Shown here: positions 1 to 9,178 of the stretch, one piece after another
Position numbering within the stretch: the stretch's first letter is position 1
How the letters are laid out: every line of letters starts with the position of its first letter
From: Minisyncoccota bacterium
GTDB taxonomy: Bacteria > Patescibacteriota > Minisyncoccia > Phycocordibacterales > UBA1006
Direction of reading: 5' to 3'
Length of the DNA stretch: 64,000 nucleotides
Assembly: GCA_028697455.1 (NCBI GenBank)
Contig: JAQVEZ010000002.1
Location: 25,486 to 89,485, forward strand
The notes under the pieces: generated by a model
Seen by the model: only the letters and a program-made list of their open reading frames with translations
Databases searched by the model: none
Told to the model about the DNA's origin: nothing
Translations under genes and position numbers: made by a program

Positions 1-745
1 AACTTTTGCATATTCAAAATCCTTACCAACGGCAAGGGCAACATTGCCCGGGAGTGTCCATGGTGTCGTGGTCCACGCCAAAAAATAAGTACGGGGTTCA
101 TCAACAAGTTCAAACTGAGCTGTTACTGAAATGTCAGTAACATCTTTATATCCTTGATTGACTTCAAAGTTTGCGAGAGTTGTCTCACAACGTGGACACA
201 AATACATCGCCTTAAACCCTTCATACGCAAGCCCCTTCTTATGAAGCTCTGAAAAAATCCACCATCCTGTTTCCATATATGAGCTGTCCATCGAGGTGTA
301 AGGATTTTCCATATCAACGAAGCGCCCAGATCGCGGAACATATTCTTTCCATTCTTTTTCGTAACGTAACACTGAATCACGAGCAGCTTTGTTGAATTTT
401 TCAATACCATAGTCTTCGATATCTTTCTTGGTTTTGAGGTTTAATTCTTTTTCAATAAGATTTTCAATTGGAAGTCCGTGAGTATCCCAACCCCAACGTC
501 TTTGAACATGATATCCTTGCATTGTTTTATAACGTGGAATCAAGTCTTTTACCGTTCCCGGTAGCAAATGTCCGTAGTGAGGAAGCCCTGTTGCAAAAGG
601 AGGCCCATCATAAAAGACAAACTCTCCTTGAGGAGCTTCCTTTTCGAGAGTTTTTTGAAAAATATTTTGTTCCTTCCAAAAATCAAGAATCTTTTCTTCT
701 TTGTGAGCAGTTGTTGACTTTTGTACTTCGTTTTCTGTGTTCATA
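1..745 (-). CDS. ileS: Isoleucyl-tRNA synthetase, N-terminal part; the gene runs off the window start. Type 2 (eukaryote-like) enzyme.
   Basis: My own minus-strand translation from the ATG at 743-745 gives MNTENEVQKST...DGPPFATGLPHYGHLLPGTVKDLIPRYKTMQGYHV...WTTTPWTLPGN. PPFATGLPHYGH is the HIGH motif in the form typical of type-2 IleRS. The gene is missing from the ORF track only because it has no in-window stop. Confidence 0.8.
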
Positions 746-776
746 TATTTTGTATTGTATCACGATCTTATATAAA

Positions 777-808
777 GAAAGGAGCACCTTTTTCGGGCGC
801 TCCTTTTG
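777..808 (-). terminator. Probable rho-independent terminator downstream of argS (hairpin AAAGGAGCGCC...GGTGCTCCTTT followed by a T-run on the minus strand), 35 nt upstream of the ileS ATG.
   Basis: Inverted repeat aggagcacc/ggcgctcct visible at 781-806, followed on the minus strand by tttctttatat. Confidence 0.4.
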
Positions 809-935
809 TTATTATTATTCAACTACAAAGAAACCCGAATTACGCTGCGGAATATCCAATAATTGAAATAATAATGATTGGTGAATACATATCTACAGAA
901 TATCAGAAAAAGTACTCCTGTAAATATGTCGTGTT

Positions 936-2642
936 TTACATTTTTTCGAGCGTTTCAATCCCAAGTACTCCCAAAGCATTCTTGATTACCTCTGCCGTTG
1001 CCATAACAAGAACAAGCTTATAAGGACTTTCCTTATTTTCAGTATCAATAATTTTTTCTTGTCCGTACCATGTGTTAAAAATCTGCGCAAGCTCAGTCAC
1101 GTAATTCACAACGAGGTGGGGTTGCAAACTCAAAAAGGATTCTTCTAAAACTTCTGGGTATCGAGACAAATATCTTTCAAGATCCGTCGTCTCCCATGAA
1201 TACGGAACTTCTTCTGAAGAAATAATCTGACTTTCTTCTGCTCGTCTAAGAAGTGATCGAGAACGCGCATAGGTGTATTGAAGATACGGACCTGAATCTC
1301 CCTCAAAGGACAGTGACTTTTCTGGGTCAAAATTAATATCCTTTCCAGCCTGAACTCTCAAAATCGTATATTTAAGAGCTCCGATAGCAATAATCTCTTG
1401 TTCTCTTCGGTTAAGCTCTCTGCTTTTATTCTGCTCAACGAGTTCATCAATCACCGTATCAATCATATCTGAAACAAGGGGTGTGTTTCCAAGGCGAGAA
1501 GACATTTTCTCTCCTTTAAATTTCATTCTCCCATGTGTTTTATGAACAGTTTTCTCCTTCCATTCGGAATTAATTTTTCCTGCAGCAGAAACAACGACTT
1601 GAAAATAAGGCCCTTGTTCGTGGTCAGTAACAAAAATAGAAAGATCTGGATGATAACGATCGAATTTTAATTTGAGTAATCCTGTATCTTTTGTTTCGTA
1701 GGTAGGATTACCATCCGCATTAATAAAAACTCGTGTGTGAAGACCGTCTTTTTCTCCTTCATAAATAACCGCTCCCTGAGAAGAGGAATAAATTTGAGGG
1801 ATATTCTTTTCAATAATTTCTTTTCCAATAATTCCTGCTTCTGATTCAAAAATAAAATCATCAAAAGTAGATCCCAGTTGCTGGGTCATACTATTAAAAT
1901 ATTCAAGATTTAAATCTCTTCCAACAAGATATGCTCGGTATGCTTCTGTATCACGATGCTCATAAATATCCTGGGTAATCTCTCGAATACGTGACTCAAG
2001 CTCTGGATGATTTTGCAGGGCTTCGGTTCCTTCGGCATAACAGCGTCCTAAAAATTTTAATTTTTCTGGAAGAGTTTTGTATTGATCAAGGGTATCAACA
2101 CCATAATCAAGAAGTTTCCAAACAGCTTTTCCGATACCGAGTGACACATCCGAAGGATATGAAATAGCCGTAACATCAGCTCCACTTGTTTTACAAATAC
2201 GCACAATGGCTTCCCCAATAGTATTATTCATCATGTGTCCAATATGAAAGGGTTTAAAAAGGTTTGGTGAAGAGTGCTCAACAAGAATTTTTTTTCCTTT
2301 CCATGAATGATTCTTCCCATAAGTTTCTTTATTACGAAGAATCGCACCCATTTCTTTAGAAAAAAAATCTTGTGAGAGAGTAATATTGATGAATCCGGGC
2401 TGAGCCACATGAATGTCTGAAATATAGCCAATATTTTCTTTGAGCAATTGCTCTTGAATTTCTTTTGCAATATCAAAAGCTGGTCGCTCCAACTGCTTTG
2501 AAAGAACCATCGCAATATTTGTTGCAAAATCACCATGTGACATATCACGTGGGTGTTCCACTCGAATATCAACAAGACTTCCAAAACCAAGTTGCTCTAA
2601 GGCTTTATTGAGGTCTTTTTGAATTTGCTCAATAACTGTCAT
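936..2642 (-). CDS. argS: Arginyl-tRNA synthetase
   Basis: MTVIEQIQKDL...HPRDMSHGDFATNIAM (ArgRS N-terminal add-on domain), HSSPNLFKPFHIGHMMN (class I HIGH motif), KMSSRLGN (KMSKS-like motif). I chose the start at M50 of the tracked ORF (ATG at 2642), because the upstream 49 codons look non-coding. Confidence 0.9.
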   Translation of the reverse strand: MTVIEQIQKDLNKALEQLGFGSLVDIRVEHPRDMSHGDFATNIAMVLSKQLERPAFDIAKEIQEQLLKENIGYISDIHVAQPGFINITLSQDFFSKEMGAILRNKETYGKNHSWKGKKILVEHSSPNLFKPFHIGHMMNNTIGEAIVRICKTSGADVTAISYPSDVSLGIGKAVWKLLDYGVDTLDQYKTLPEKLKFLGRCYAEGTEALQNHPELESRIREITQDIYEHRDTEAYRAYLVGRDLNLEYFNSMTQQLGSTFDDFIFESEAGIIGKEIIEKNIPQIYSSSQGAVIYEGEKDGLHTRVFINADGNPTYETKDTGLLKLKFDRYHPDLSIFVTDHEQGPYFQVVVSAAGKINSEWKEKTVHKTHGRMKFKGEKMSSRLGNTPLVSDMIDTVIDELVEQNKSRELNRREQEIIAIGALKYTILRVQAGKDINFDPEKSLSFEGDSGPYLQYTYARSRSLLRRAEESQIISSEEVPYSWETTDLERYLSRYPEVLEESFLSLQPHLVVNYVTELAQIFNTWYGQEKIIDTENKESPYKLVLVMATAEVIKNALGVLGIETLEKM

Positions 2643-2703
2643 AATTCTTATTATCATACCTTTTTTCTCATTTCTTAAAAGAGAGAATGAAAAAAGCCAG
2701 AAA

Positions 2704-3216
2704 CTATTCATCTCTGACTTCAAGCATCTTTTCTTCATCAAAAAGAACTGTGTGCCCCTTTTCCCAAATTCGATGTTCGTCTCGAACAATCAACTGAGCT
2801 CTTCCTCTCCAAGAATACCACCACAAAAAAGTTTGGTTTCCTTTTTTATTGATCGTTGTAAGTTCTATCGAAAGTGAAAAAGGTTCTTCCGAGTAAAGAA
2901 GAATTTCCCCTTTTTGCAAGAGATCGTAAAGAACGCCAAAAGCTTGGGACAGAGGGATTCGGATAAAACCTTTCAGGCCTGCGATTTCTCTGTTGGAAAA
3001 CCTATCAAGAGTTAGTTCTTTTAAATAGGGTTTAAACTTGATATATTTTTCATCCGAAGCAACATCCCAGTGGAACCAAGAGTAGATATCTCTATCAAAG
3101 CAAAAATATTGCGCTGTTTCATCAAGATAGGCTCTGAGGAGATTAGATTTCTCTAAGGTGTTTGAACCTGTCATAACTTGTAGATATGTTTGAAAGGAGT
3201 GTAGCATTTTTAACAA
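2704..3216 (-). CDS. Hypothetical cytoplasmic protein, member A of a tandem paralog pair
   Basis: 170 aa. Shares with the next ORF the motifs IYxWFHWD, FxRIPLxQAF, LLWWxSxxGR and IxRDEHRIWEKGH. The 3' flank AAAAAGCCAGAAACTATTCA is also duplicated, at 2690-2709 and 3222-3241. Confidence 0.6.
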   Translation of the reverse strand: MLKMLHSFQTYLQVMTGSNTLEKSNLLRAYLDETAQYFCFDRDIYSWFHWDVASDEKYIKFKPYLKELTLDRFSNREIAGLKGFIRIPLSQAFGVLYDLLQKGEILLYSEEPFSLSIELTTINKKGNQTFLWWYSWRGRAQLIVRDEHRIWEKGHTVLFDEEKMLEVRDE

Positions 3217-3237
3217 ATTAAAAAAGCCAGAAACTAT

Positions 3238-3726
3238 TCATTCCTGGCTATAAACAGTATTTTCCTGTTCTTGTACTAAAACAAGGTGTCCTTTTTCCCA
3301 AATTCGATGTTCATCTCGGATAATAATTTCTACTCTTCCTTCAAATGAATGCCACCACAAAAGCGGTTCGTTTCCTTTTTTATTCTTGGAACTCAAATAA
3401 AGAGAAAGAGAAAATCTTTCTTCGGGAAAAAGAGGAATTTCTCCTAATAAAATCTTACTGTAAAGAATATCAAAAGCCTGAAAGAGCGGAATCCGTAAAA
3501 AATTTTCAAACCTTCCAATATCTCCGTCGGAATACGTCCCTTTATCAAGGGGGAGAAAAAACGGCTTTACCTTAAGAAATTTCTCTTGAGAGACGAGATC
3601 CCAATGAAACCATGTGTAGATATCTTCATCAAAACGAAATGAGTAGGTGTTATTCTCAAGAAAGCTTATCAGGCGATGAGTCTTCTCTCTCATGCTAGTC
3701 ATTTTTAAAAACTTATTTATATACAA
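3238..3726 (-). CDS. Hypothetical cytoplasmic protein, member B of the tandem paralog pair
   Basis: 162 aa, clear paralog of 2704..3216 with the same conserved blocks. No signal peptide and no recognisable domain. Confidence 0.6.
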   Translation of the reverse strand: MYINKFLKMTSMREKTHRLISFLENNTYSFRFDEDIYTWFHWDLVSQEKFLKVKPFFLPLDKGTYSDGDIGRFENFLRIPLFQAFDILYSKILLGEIPLFPEERFSLSLYLSSKNKKGNEPLLWWHSFEGRVEIIIRDEHRIWEKGHLVLVQEQENTVYSQE

Positions 3727-3744
3727 AATAGCACAAAGAAAAAT

Positions 3745-4401
3745 TTAAGAAAGAATGTTCCCTTTCCTTTTTCTCTTTTTGAGTTTCTTCTTTCCAAACC
3801 AATAAATCAAAAACCCAAGAATCGCAAAGAGCACGATTTTTTCTAAAATATCAAAAAAATTTGATATCCCAAGAAGCTGACTTCCCATAAACCACCCAAC
3901 GAGCCCCATGAGAACCGCACCCAAAAAAACTCCGAGGAGTGTGAGCACCGCATAACGAAGATATGACATCTTGCTCATACCAGCATACAAAGCAAAAGCA
4001 ACACTTGGAACAAAAGGCACGGCCCTCAAAAAAACAAAAAGAAAATCTCGATAAGGGTTTCCCTCTCCATAACCAAAAAGATATTCAACGTCACGCTTTC
4101 GCACTCCAAGATATTTTCCGTAACGCTCAACAAAAGTCATCCCCAAGAGCCGAGCAAGATAAACATAAGGAAGAGACCCAACAAGCACCCCAAGAGCAGA
4201 GGCAACGCCCACAACCCACAAAAAAGAAAGAAAGGATCCAGGTTCAAAAGGAACCCCCGCAAACAAAATCATTCCAGCAAAACCCTGAACGAGAGTCGAA
4301 GGAATCAAAGCAATAAGCTCCTCAACAATTCCCGCAGAAAAAACTCCCAAAAAACCATAGTTCCCAATCCAAAGTTGAAGTGACTGAATAATAGCGTCCA
4401 T
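3745..4401 (-). CDS. DedA / SNARE-associated (TVP38/TMEM64) family membrane protein
   Basis: 218 aa polytopic membrane protein; VVGVASALGVLVGSLPYVYLARLLG...FVERYGKYLGV is a typical DedA core; basic C-terminal tail. Confidence 0.75.
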   Translation of the reverse strand: MDAIIQSLQLWIGNYGFLGVFSAGIVEELIALIPSTLVQGFAGMILFAGVPFEPGSFLSFLWVVGVASALGVLVGSLPYVYLARLLGMTFVERYGKYLGVRKRDVEYLFGYGEGNPYRDFLFVFLRAVPFVPSVAFALYAGMSKMSYLRYAVLTLLGVFLGAVLMGLVGWFMGSQLLGISNFFDILEKIVLFAILGFLIYWFGKKKLKKRKRKGNILS

Positions 4402-4502
4402 AGAAACCCAAGTATAGCACGAGAATCTTTTTCTCTAAAAGAGACTTGACAAAAAGATTAAAAAGGCTTATAATAGTATTAAGAACTTTAAAATTTAAAA
4501 AA

Positions 4503-5411
4503 ATGAAGAAACTTATTTTTGCAATCTTCGCAGCTATCGGAATGATATTTGCGGGGAACGTGCTCTCTTGCAAGAGCAATGACACCAAAAACACCGATTT
4601 GGTAGTTATCACCGGGGAACCCACTCCCAAGGAGTGTCCGCCGGTTGTTATCACTGCAGACCATGAGAGAAAGGATATCCTCGAGATCATCCTCTCGCTC
4701 AAAGGATTTGACCAACCCGTTGAATGGGTTATCGTTGACAAACCGGTTCAAATCCTCTACCCAAACCAAAATGGTTCTGGTTTTATTGAGGGGTTCAAGG
4801 TGAATGGGGTAGAAATACCTTATTCGAGAACCTTGTTGATAAAGACAGAAAAAATTCTCAGCAAATTTTCTGACCACTCGGTGAGTGAGCAGAAAGTTCT
4901 CGTTGAGGATTTGATCTGTAGTGAGCAGCTGAAAATGCTCAAGAGCGAGCTTGAAAAAGCAAGATGTGATGAACAACCAACACTTGCTCCAGTTCCTCCG
5001 GTAGTACCAGATGACGACAATGATGATGGTTGCTGGTTATGGCCATTCCCTTGGTGGTTATGGGTCCTATTAATAGCAGCCTTGCTCTTGTTTCTTTTTT
5101 GGTTACTAAACCGACTAAGAGATATGGATGATGGAGAGAATGAGGAGGTACAACAAAATCACTTTGTTGTACCTCCAGCTCCAGCTCCAGCTCCAAGTGA
5201 TGAGGAAGGAGATCCTTGCAGAGAGTGCAAGGATTACAATAGCAAATGCTGTTGCTGCAGGGAAAAGGAACTTTCAAAAAGATGGGAGAGCGCTATGCTT
5301 GCCCTGTCTTTGAGAAAAGAAGGTTCTTTCTCTGCAGAAATGCAGGATGGAGAGTTTAAAATCTCTGTCTCAGCAGAACAGCCCCGGGAAACCTCTCACC
5401 GGAAGAAATAG
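4503..5411 (+). CDS. Hypothetical lipoprotein with one internal Trp-rich transmembrane helix, a PAPAPAP repeat and a CxxC...CCCC cysteine cluster
   Basis: MKKLIFAIFAAIGMIFAGNVLSC is a lipobox-type signal peptide. I chose the start at ATG 4503, not the tracked 4446. The TM segment is CWLWPFPWWLWVLLIAALLLFLFWLL; the C-terminal part carries CRECKDYNSKCCCC. Confidence 0.5.
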   Translation: MKKLIFAIFAAIGMIFAGNVLSCKSNDTKNTDLVVITGEPTPKECPPVVITADHERKDILEIILSLKGFDQPVEWVIVDKPVQILYPNQNGSGFIEGFKVNGVEIPYSRTLLIKTEKILSKFSDHSVSEQKVLVEDLICSEQLKMLKSELEKARCDEQPTLAPVPPVVPDDDNDDGCWLWPFPWWLWVLLIAALLLFLFWLLNRLRDMDDGENEEVQQNHFVVPPAPAPAPSDEEGDPCRECKDYNSKCCCCREKELSKRWESAMLALSLRKEGSFSAEMQDGEFKISVSAEQPRETSHRKK

Positions 5412-5430
5412 AGGGGCTAACAATTAAATA

Positions 5431-5458
5431 AAACCGCGGATTCGTTCGCGGTTTTTTT
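5431..5458. terminator. Bidirectional rho-independent terminator shared by the convergent genes 4503..5411 and pepF
   Basis: AAACCGCGgattcgttCGCGGTTTTTTT, a perfect 7-bp stem flanked by A-run and T-run. Confidence 0.65.
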
Positions 5459-7262
5459 AAATCCTCTTGAGTTTCTTTGCAAGTTTTTTTGTCTCTTTGA
5501 GAAGTTCTCCTATCTCATCAATACCCTCTTGCCAAAAATCAGCCTTGGTAATATCAACACCCATTTTTGCAAAAATTTCTTTCGGAGAAAGACTACTTCC
5601 CGTTTGATAAAATTCTTTAATTTCCTTAATAAAGGAAGGATCTTTTTTTAGTTTTGATTGCATTGCTTTCGCACACAAAAGACCCATAGCATACGAATAC
5701 ACATAAAAAGGACTTCGAAAATGACCCCAATAAATCCAACCAAGAGCTGAGTCAGAATCAAAACGTACTTTTTTGCCAAGATATGACTGCATATGAGTAT
5801 TAAATATTTTTCCAATTGCATCTCGTGAAAGGTATCCCGCTTCTCTAAAGGTATGATGAAGCTCAAATTCAAAATTATAAGCCGCAATTTGTCTAAAGAT
5901 GGTGTTTATCTGGTCTTGAAGTTTATCAAGCATCATCACCAATCGTTCCTCATCCGAAACTCCAGCAAGCATTTCTTCAAAAACAAAATCTTCACAGAAG
6001 GTTGAAGCAACTTCTGCCGTTGCCATTGGGGGATTGTAATTAAGCTGTAATTCACCGCGTGCACAACTCGCATGAATGGCATGTCCTGTTTCATGAGCAA
6101 GGGTTGTTACATCTCGTGCTGTTTCCGTATAATTGAGCATAATATAAATAGGATCCAAAACTCCATATGAAGCGCAGAAAGCTCCTCCCGTTTTTCCCTT
6201 CTTCGGGAAGACATCAACAGCCCCCGAAGAAACAAGCCCTTGGAAAATATCAACAAACTCTGTATCAATTCGTGAAAAGGCTTGTTCAACAATATGAACA
6301 GATTCTTGATAAGAATATTTCTTGTGAAGTTTCCCATAGCGAAGATTTCGCTCTGCATACCGAAAAGAATCTTGTTTTAAGAGCTTTGCCTTAAGACGAT
6401 AAAAATCATGAGCAAGGGAAAAATTTTTTGCAACAACAGTCCTTAAGGTATCAACGATTTCAGGACTGACCCCTTCTGCAAGATGCCGCGCAGCATCAGG
6501 GCGATCAAAAGAACGAAGCTCGTCATTAATTTTCTTGTCTTCAAGAAGGCTATTCATTTCTTTTTCAGCAAGAGGTGCCAGTCGTGTGAGGACCTTATTC
6601 ATTGCGTGTTCTGCACTTTCTCGAATTTTTTTCTTTGGAGAAGAAAGTTCTGATAAGATTTTTTCAAAAGGAACTTTTTCTTTGATAATTTTTGTTTTTC
6701 CAGAAATAGTTTTTTCAAGCCAAATCGTTTCTTCTTCTTGAGAAAGAAATTCATCCAACATGGCAGCCCAATTTCCTGAAGCAACTCCTGATTTGAGGCT
6801 TAATATTTTTTCTTCTTTTTCAGAAAGATTGTACTGTGCATTCGCAAAAAGATCTTTGAGAAGCTGGCGATAAGGTTTCAACTCCAAAGATTGTATAAAA
6901 ATCTTTTGATATTTTTTTTCTGTTTGAGCAAGCTCGAGCATAAAAAACCGTATATACTCAGAAAGCTGATTCCCAAAGTCCTCAAGCTTTTTTGCTGCTG
7001 CTTGAAGCTCTATATTTCCCCCATCCAAAGAAAGTGCGAGGAATAAATAAAGAGATTCTTTATTCCCTGTTTCTGCAATATCATTATATTGGTCGAGAGC
7101 CTTTCTTAGTTTCTTTTCATCATTCAAAAAACTTTTATCTTTCCCCCATTTTTTTGCAAAGGCTTGCACTTTTTCAAGAACGAGTGCTCTTTCTTTTTTA
7201 AACTTTGGATCATTAATTCCTTTTCCAAGTTTCGATAAATCCCATTGTGTTTGTAGTTTCAT
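5457..7262 (-). CDS. pepF: Oligoendopeptidase F (M3 family metallopeptidase)
   Basis: HETGHAIH zinc-binding HEXXH motif; the N-terminus MKLQTQWDLSKL matches the typical PepF start (start chosen at ATG 7262, M20 of the tracked ORF); about 600 aa. Confidence 0.85.
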   Translation of the reverse strand: MKLQTQWDLSKLGKGINDPKFKKERALVLEKVQAFAKKWGKDKSFLNDEKKLRKALDQYNDIAETGNKESLYLFLALSLDGGNIELQAAAKKLEDFGNQLSEYIRFFMLELAQTEKKYQKIFIQSLELKPYRQLLKDLFANAQYNLSEKEEKILSLKSGVASGNWAAMLDEFLSQEEETIWLEKTISGKTKIIKEKVPFEKILSELSSPKKKIRESAEHAMNKVLTRLAPLAEKEMNSLLEDKKINDELRSFDRPDAARHLAEGVSPEIVDTLRTVVAKNFSLAHDFYRLKAKLLKQDSFRYAERNLRYGKLHKKYSYQESVHIVEQAFSRIDTEFVDIFQGLVSSGAVDVFPKKGKTGGAFCASYGVLDPIYIMLNYTETARDVTTLAHETGHAIHASCARGELQLNYNPPMATAEVASTFCEDFVFEEMLAGVSDEERLVMMLDKLQDQINTIFRQIAAYNFEFELHHTFREAGYLSRDAIGKIFNTHMQSYLGKKVRFDSDSALGWIYWGHFRSPFYVYSYAMGLLCAKAMQSKLKKDPSFIKEIKEFYQTGSSLSPKEIFAKMGVDITKADFWQEGIDEIGELLKETKKLAKKLKRI

Positions 7263-7321
7263 ATTGATAACTATACCCAAAATTAAAACAAAAGAAAAAC
7301 CCTTTTTGGTATAATACAAAC

Positions 7322-7900
7322 ATGAAATGCCAAGAAGTTTTAAAAAAACTTGTAGAGTCTATAAAACGAGGGGTCAACGCTGAAACAGAAAAAATATGTG
7401 AAGAAATTCTTTTAAACCCAGAGGAATACAATGGGGAGATTAATGGGAAAAAACTCATCGAATGGATAAAAGAGATCGAAGATCGTAACTATGATTATTA
7501 TCCAGTAGGAATTTTGGATGAAATGGATAATGAGGGAGAACTATCGAAAAGTATTGGGTATCAAATTTTCAATCGAGGACAAGAATCAGAACTTCCTTTT
7601 TTTGATGATTATTTTATCGTCAAAGAACAAAGGCCCCCTCAGTGGACTTTTGACGACTTTGTTAAGATGCAGTTTAAAAAGCTCATTCAGTCACTAAAAA
7701 ATCATAACCAAATCCTTGTACAAAAAATTCTCCAATCAGAGATCTGGGATGATGTTTTTTACGAAACACTTGAAAGCTCTGCTCCTCATGTATACTTTGA
7801 TATCAATTTCATAACCAAAGAAATAGGATTACCTGGAACCTACCAAAGCATCCTCGCTCAAATAGAGCAGAGCAGTGCGATTCAGGAATATATCAATTAA
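7322..7900 (+). CDS. Hypothetical protein
   Basis: 192-aa ORF with coding-like composition; no recognisable motif. Confidence 0.45.
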   Translation: MKCQEVLKKLVESIKRGVNAETEKICEEILLNPEEYNGEINGKKLIEWIKEIEDRNYDYYPVGILDEMDNEGELSKSIGYQIFNRGQESELPFFDDYFIVKEQRPPQWTFDDFVKMQFKKLIQSLKNHNQILVQKILQSEIWDDVFYETLESSAPHVYFDINFITKEIGLPGTYQSILAQIEQSSAIQEYIN

Positions 7901-7989
7901 ATTCTTGACAAAAAATGGCTAAGATATTTAAGAGAATTTCATAAAAAAGCCCGTTGCAAAACGGGCTTTCATTTTTTGATTTTCACTTT

Positions 7990-8598
7990 TTATATCAGTG
8001 ACTGTCTTTGATAGTCGAAAGTAAGCAAAATATCAATAAACGCTTGATGAACCGAAGGAATTGATTGGCGAGAATTTATGATCTTCCAACCAAGTTCCTT
8101 TGCAAAATCAAGATGATATTCACGCGTCTTTTGAACCTTTTCAAAATCTTCTTCGAAGTAGTACCCCTTTTCTTTTGCCTCAAGATAACGAAACCCATCC
8201 AAAAGAATTGAAATATCCGGTTCCAAAAGCCCCTGATTCATAGCAAGCAGCTCATCCTTGGGAACTCCATCAGCCATTCCAAAGCAAATACCCGAATAGG
8301 TATACATTTCGGTAAGAACAAAATCATTTTCTTCCAAAAGCTTTTCAAGCTCAGGTTGGAAGTCTCTTCTGTTCTGAGCACACAGTTCTTGAATTTGTTT
8401 TGGACTAAGTTTTCTGGGATTTTTATTACGGAAGATATCGTTAATCTCTTTGCCCGTAGGAGAAAGATCATAAACAGGGTATCTTACGAACGCAACCTTA
8501 TACCCTCTTTTTGATAAAACTTCTTCAAGGAGCTTTAGTTGCGTTGTTTTTCCCGTGTTGTTAACTCCCAACACAGTAACAAACTGAGCTCTTTTCAT
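7990..8598 (-). CDS. tmk: Thymidylate (dTMP) kinase-like P-loop kinase
   Basis: FVTVLGVNNTGKTTQ P-loop; overall layout like Tmk (P-loop...R...DRY/TEMY..S...AY-like...PDISILLD 'PDLT..LD' region...lid). Sits in a thymidylate-cycle gene cluster. Confidence 0.65.
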   Translation of the reverse strand: MKRAQFVTVLGVNNTGKTTQLKLLEEVLSKRGYKVAFVRYPVYDLSPTGKEINDIFRNKNPRKLSPKQIQELCAQNRRDFQPELEKLLEENDFVLTEMYTYSGICFGMADGVPKDELLAMNQGLLEPDISILLDGFRYLEAKEKGYYFEEDFEKVQKTREYHLDFAKELGWKIINSRQSIPSVHQAFIDILLTFDYQRQSLI

Positions 8599-8698
8599 TT
8601 TTCATTATTTTTTATGAATCATAACAAAGAATAAAAAATTTACTATCCCTATTGAATAATCCTTACAAAAAGGTACCCTAGAGAAAAACATAACACCT

Positions 8699-9106
8699 AT
8701 GGATGATATTTTAACAAAAATTAAAAAATGGAATAAGGAGCGCCTCCTCCACAAGGTTCCTTTTGATCACACAAGAGAAGCTTCGTTTATTATTGAAGAA
8801 CTCCTTGAAAGTACAGGAACTTATGATAGTGTTACAGCACGAACGCTCGCCGAGAACTATGCAAAAGAAATCATCAGTACCAGTGCAGAATCAAAAGAAG
8901 CAATTCTCGATTCTTTTGCAGATATTGTCGTTTTTGCAGTAGGAACGATGGTAAAACTTGGCTATGACCCTGCAAAGGTTATGGAAGAGGTTTTCAAAGA
9001 AATCGATTCCCGAAAAGGAACGGTCATCAACGGGAAATTCGTTAAAGACCCTAATGCAAAAAGATATACTGCTGATTTTTCACAATGTATTGAGAGAGAA
9101 GATTAA
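8699..9106 (+). CDS. MazG-like all-alpha NTP pyrophosphohydrolase (possible dUTP/non-canonical dNTP house-cleaning enzyme)
   Basis: 135 aa; FIIEELLE...DSFADIVVFAVGTMVKLGYD resembles the EExxE...D metal-binding helices of MazG/HisE-like enzymes. The thymidylate context supports this, but the assignment is tentative. Confidence 0.45.
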   Translation: MDDILTKIKKWNKERLLHKVPFDHTREASFIIEELLESTGTYDSVTARTLAENYAKEIISTSAESKEAILDSFADIVVFAVGTMVKLGYDPAKVMEEVFKEIDSRKGTVINGKFVKDPNAKRYTADFSQCIERED

Positions 9107-9178
9107 TTTCTTCTCTTTTTTTGTTTGATTTTGTTTTTAAATGATGTTAAATAAAGATAAATTCTAAAATTTTATAGT

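Noticed and set aside
468-866. Tracked + strand ORF (132 aa) and the 123..410 minus ORF in the first 900 bp
   Set aside because: Both overlap, out of frame or antisense, the clearly coding ileS reading frame (minus strand, from ATG 745). That frame was absent from the track only because it lacks an in-window stop.
746-935. Possible T-box riboswitch leader upstream of ileS
   Set aside because: The 190-nt argS-ileS spacer contains only a simple terminator hairpin. There is no T-box consensus (AGGGTGGNACCGCG-like) and no specifier or antiterminator architecture.
3963-4316. 117-aa + strand ORF rich in Gln/Lys/Glu
   Set aside because: Lies entirely antisense within the well-supported DedA membrane-protein gene. 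Its low-complexity composition is typical of a spurious antisense ORF.
4488-5277. Minus-strand ORFs (162, 66 and 112 aa) overlapping the lipoprotein gene
   Set aside because: Antisense to a gene with a convincing signal peptide and TM; no independent support.
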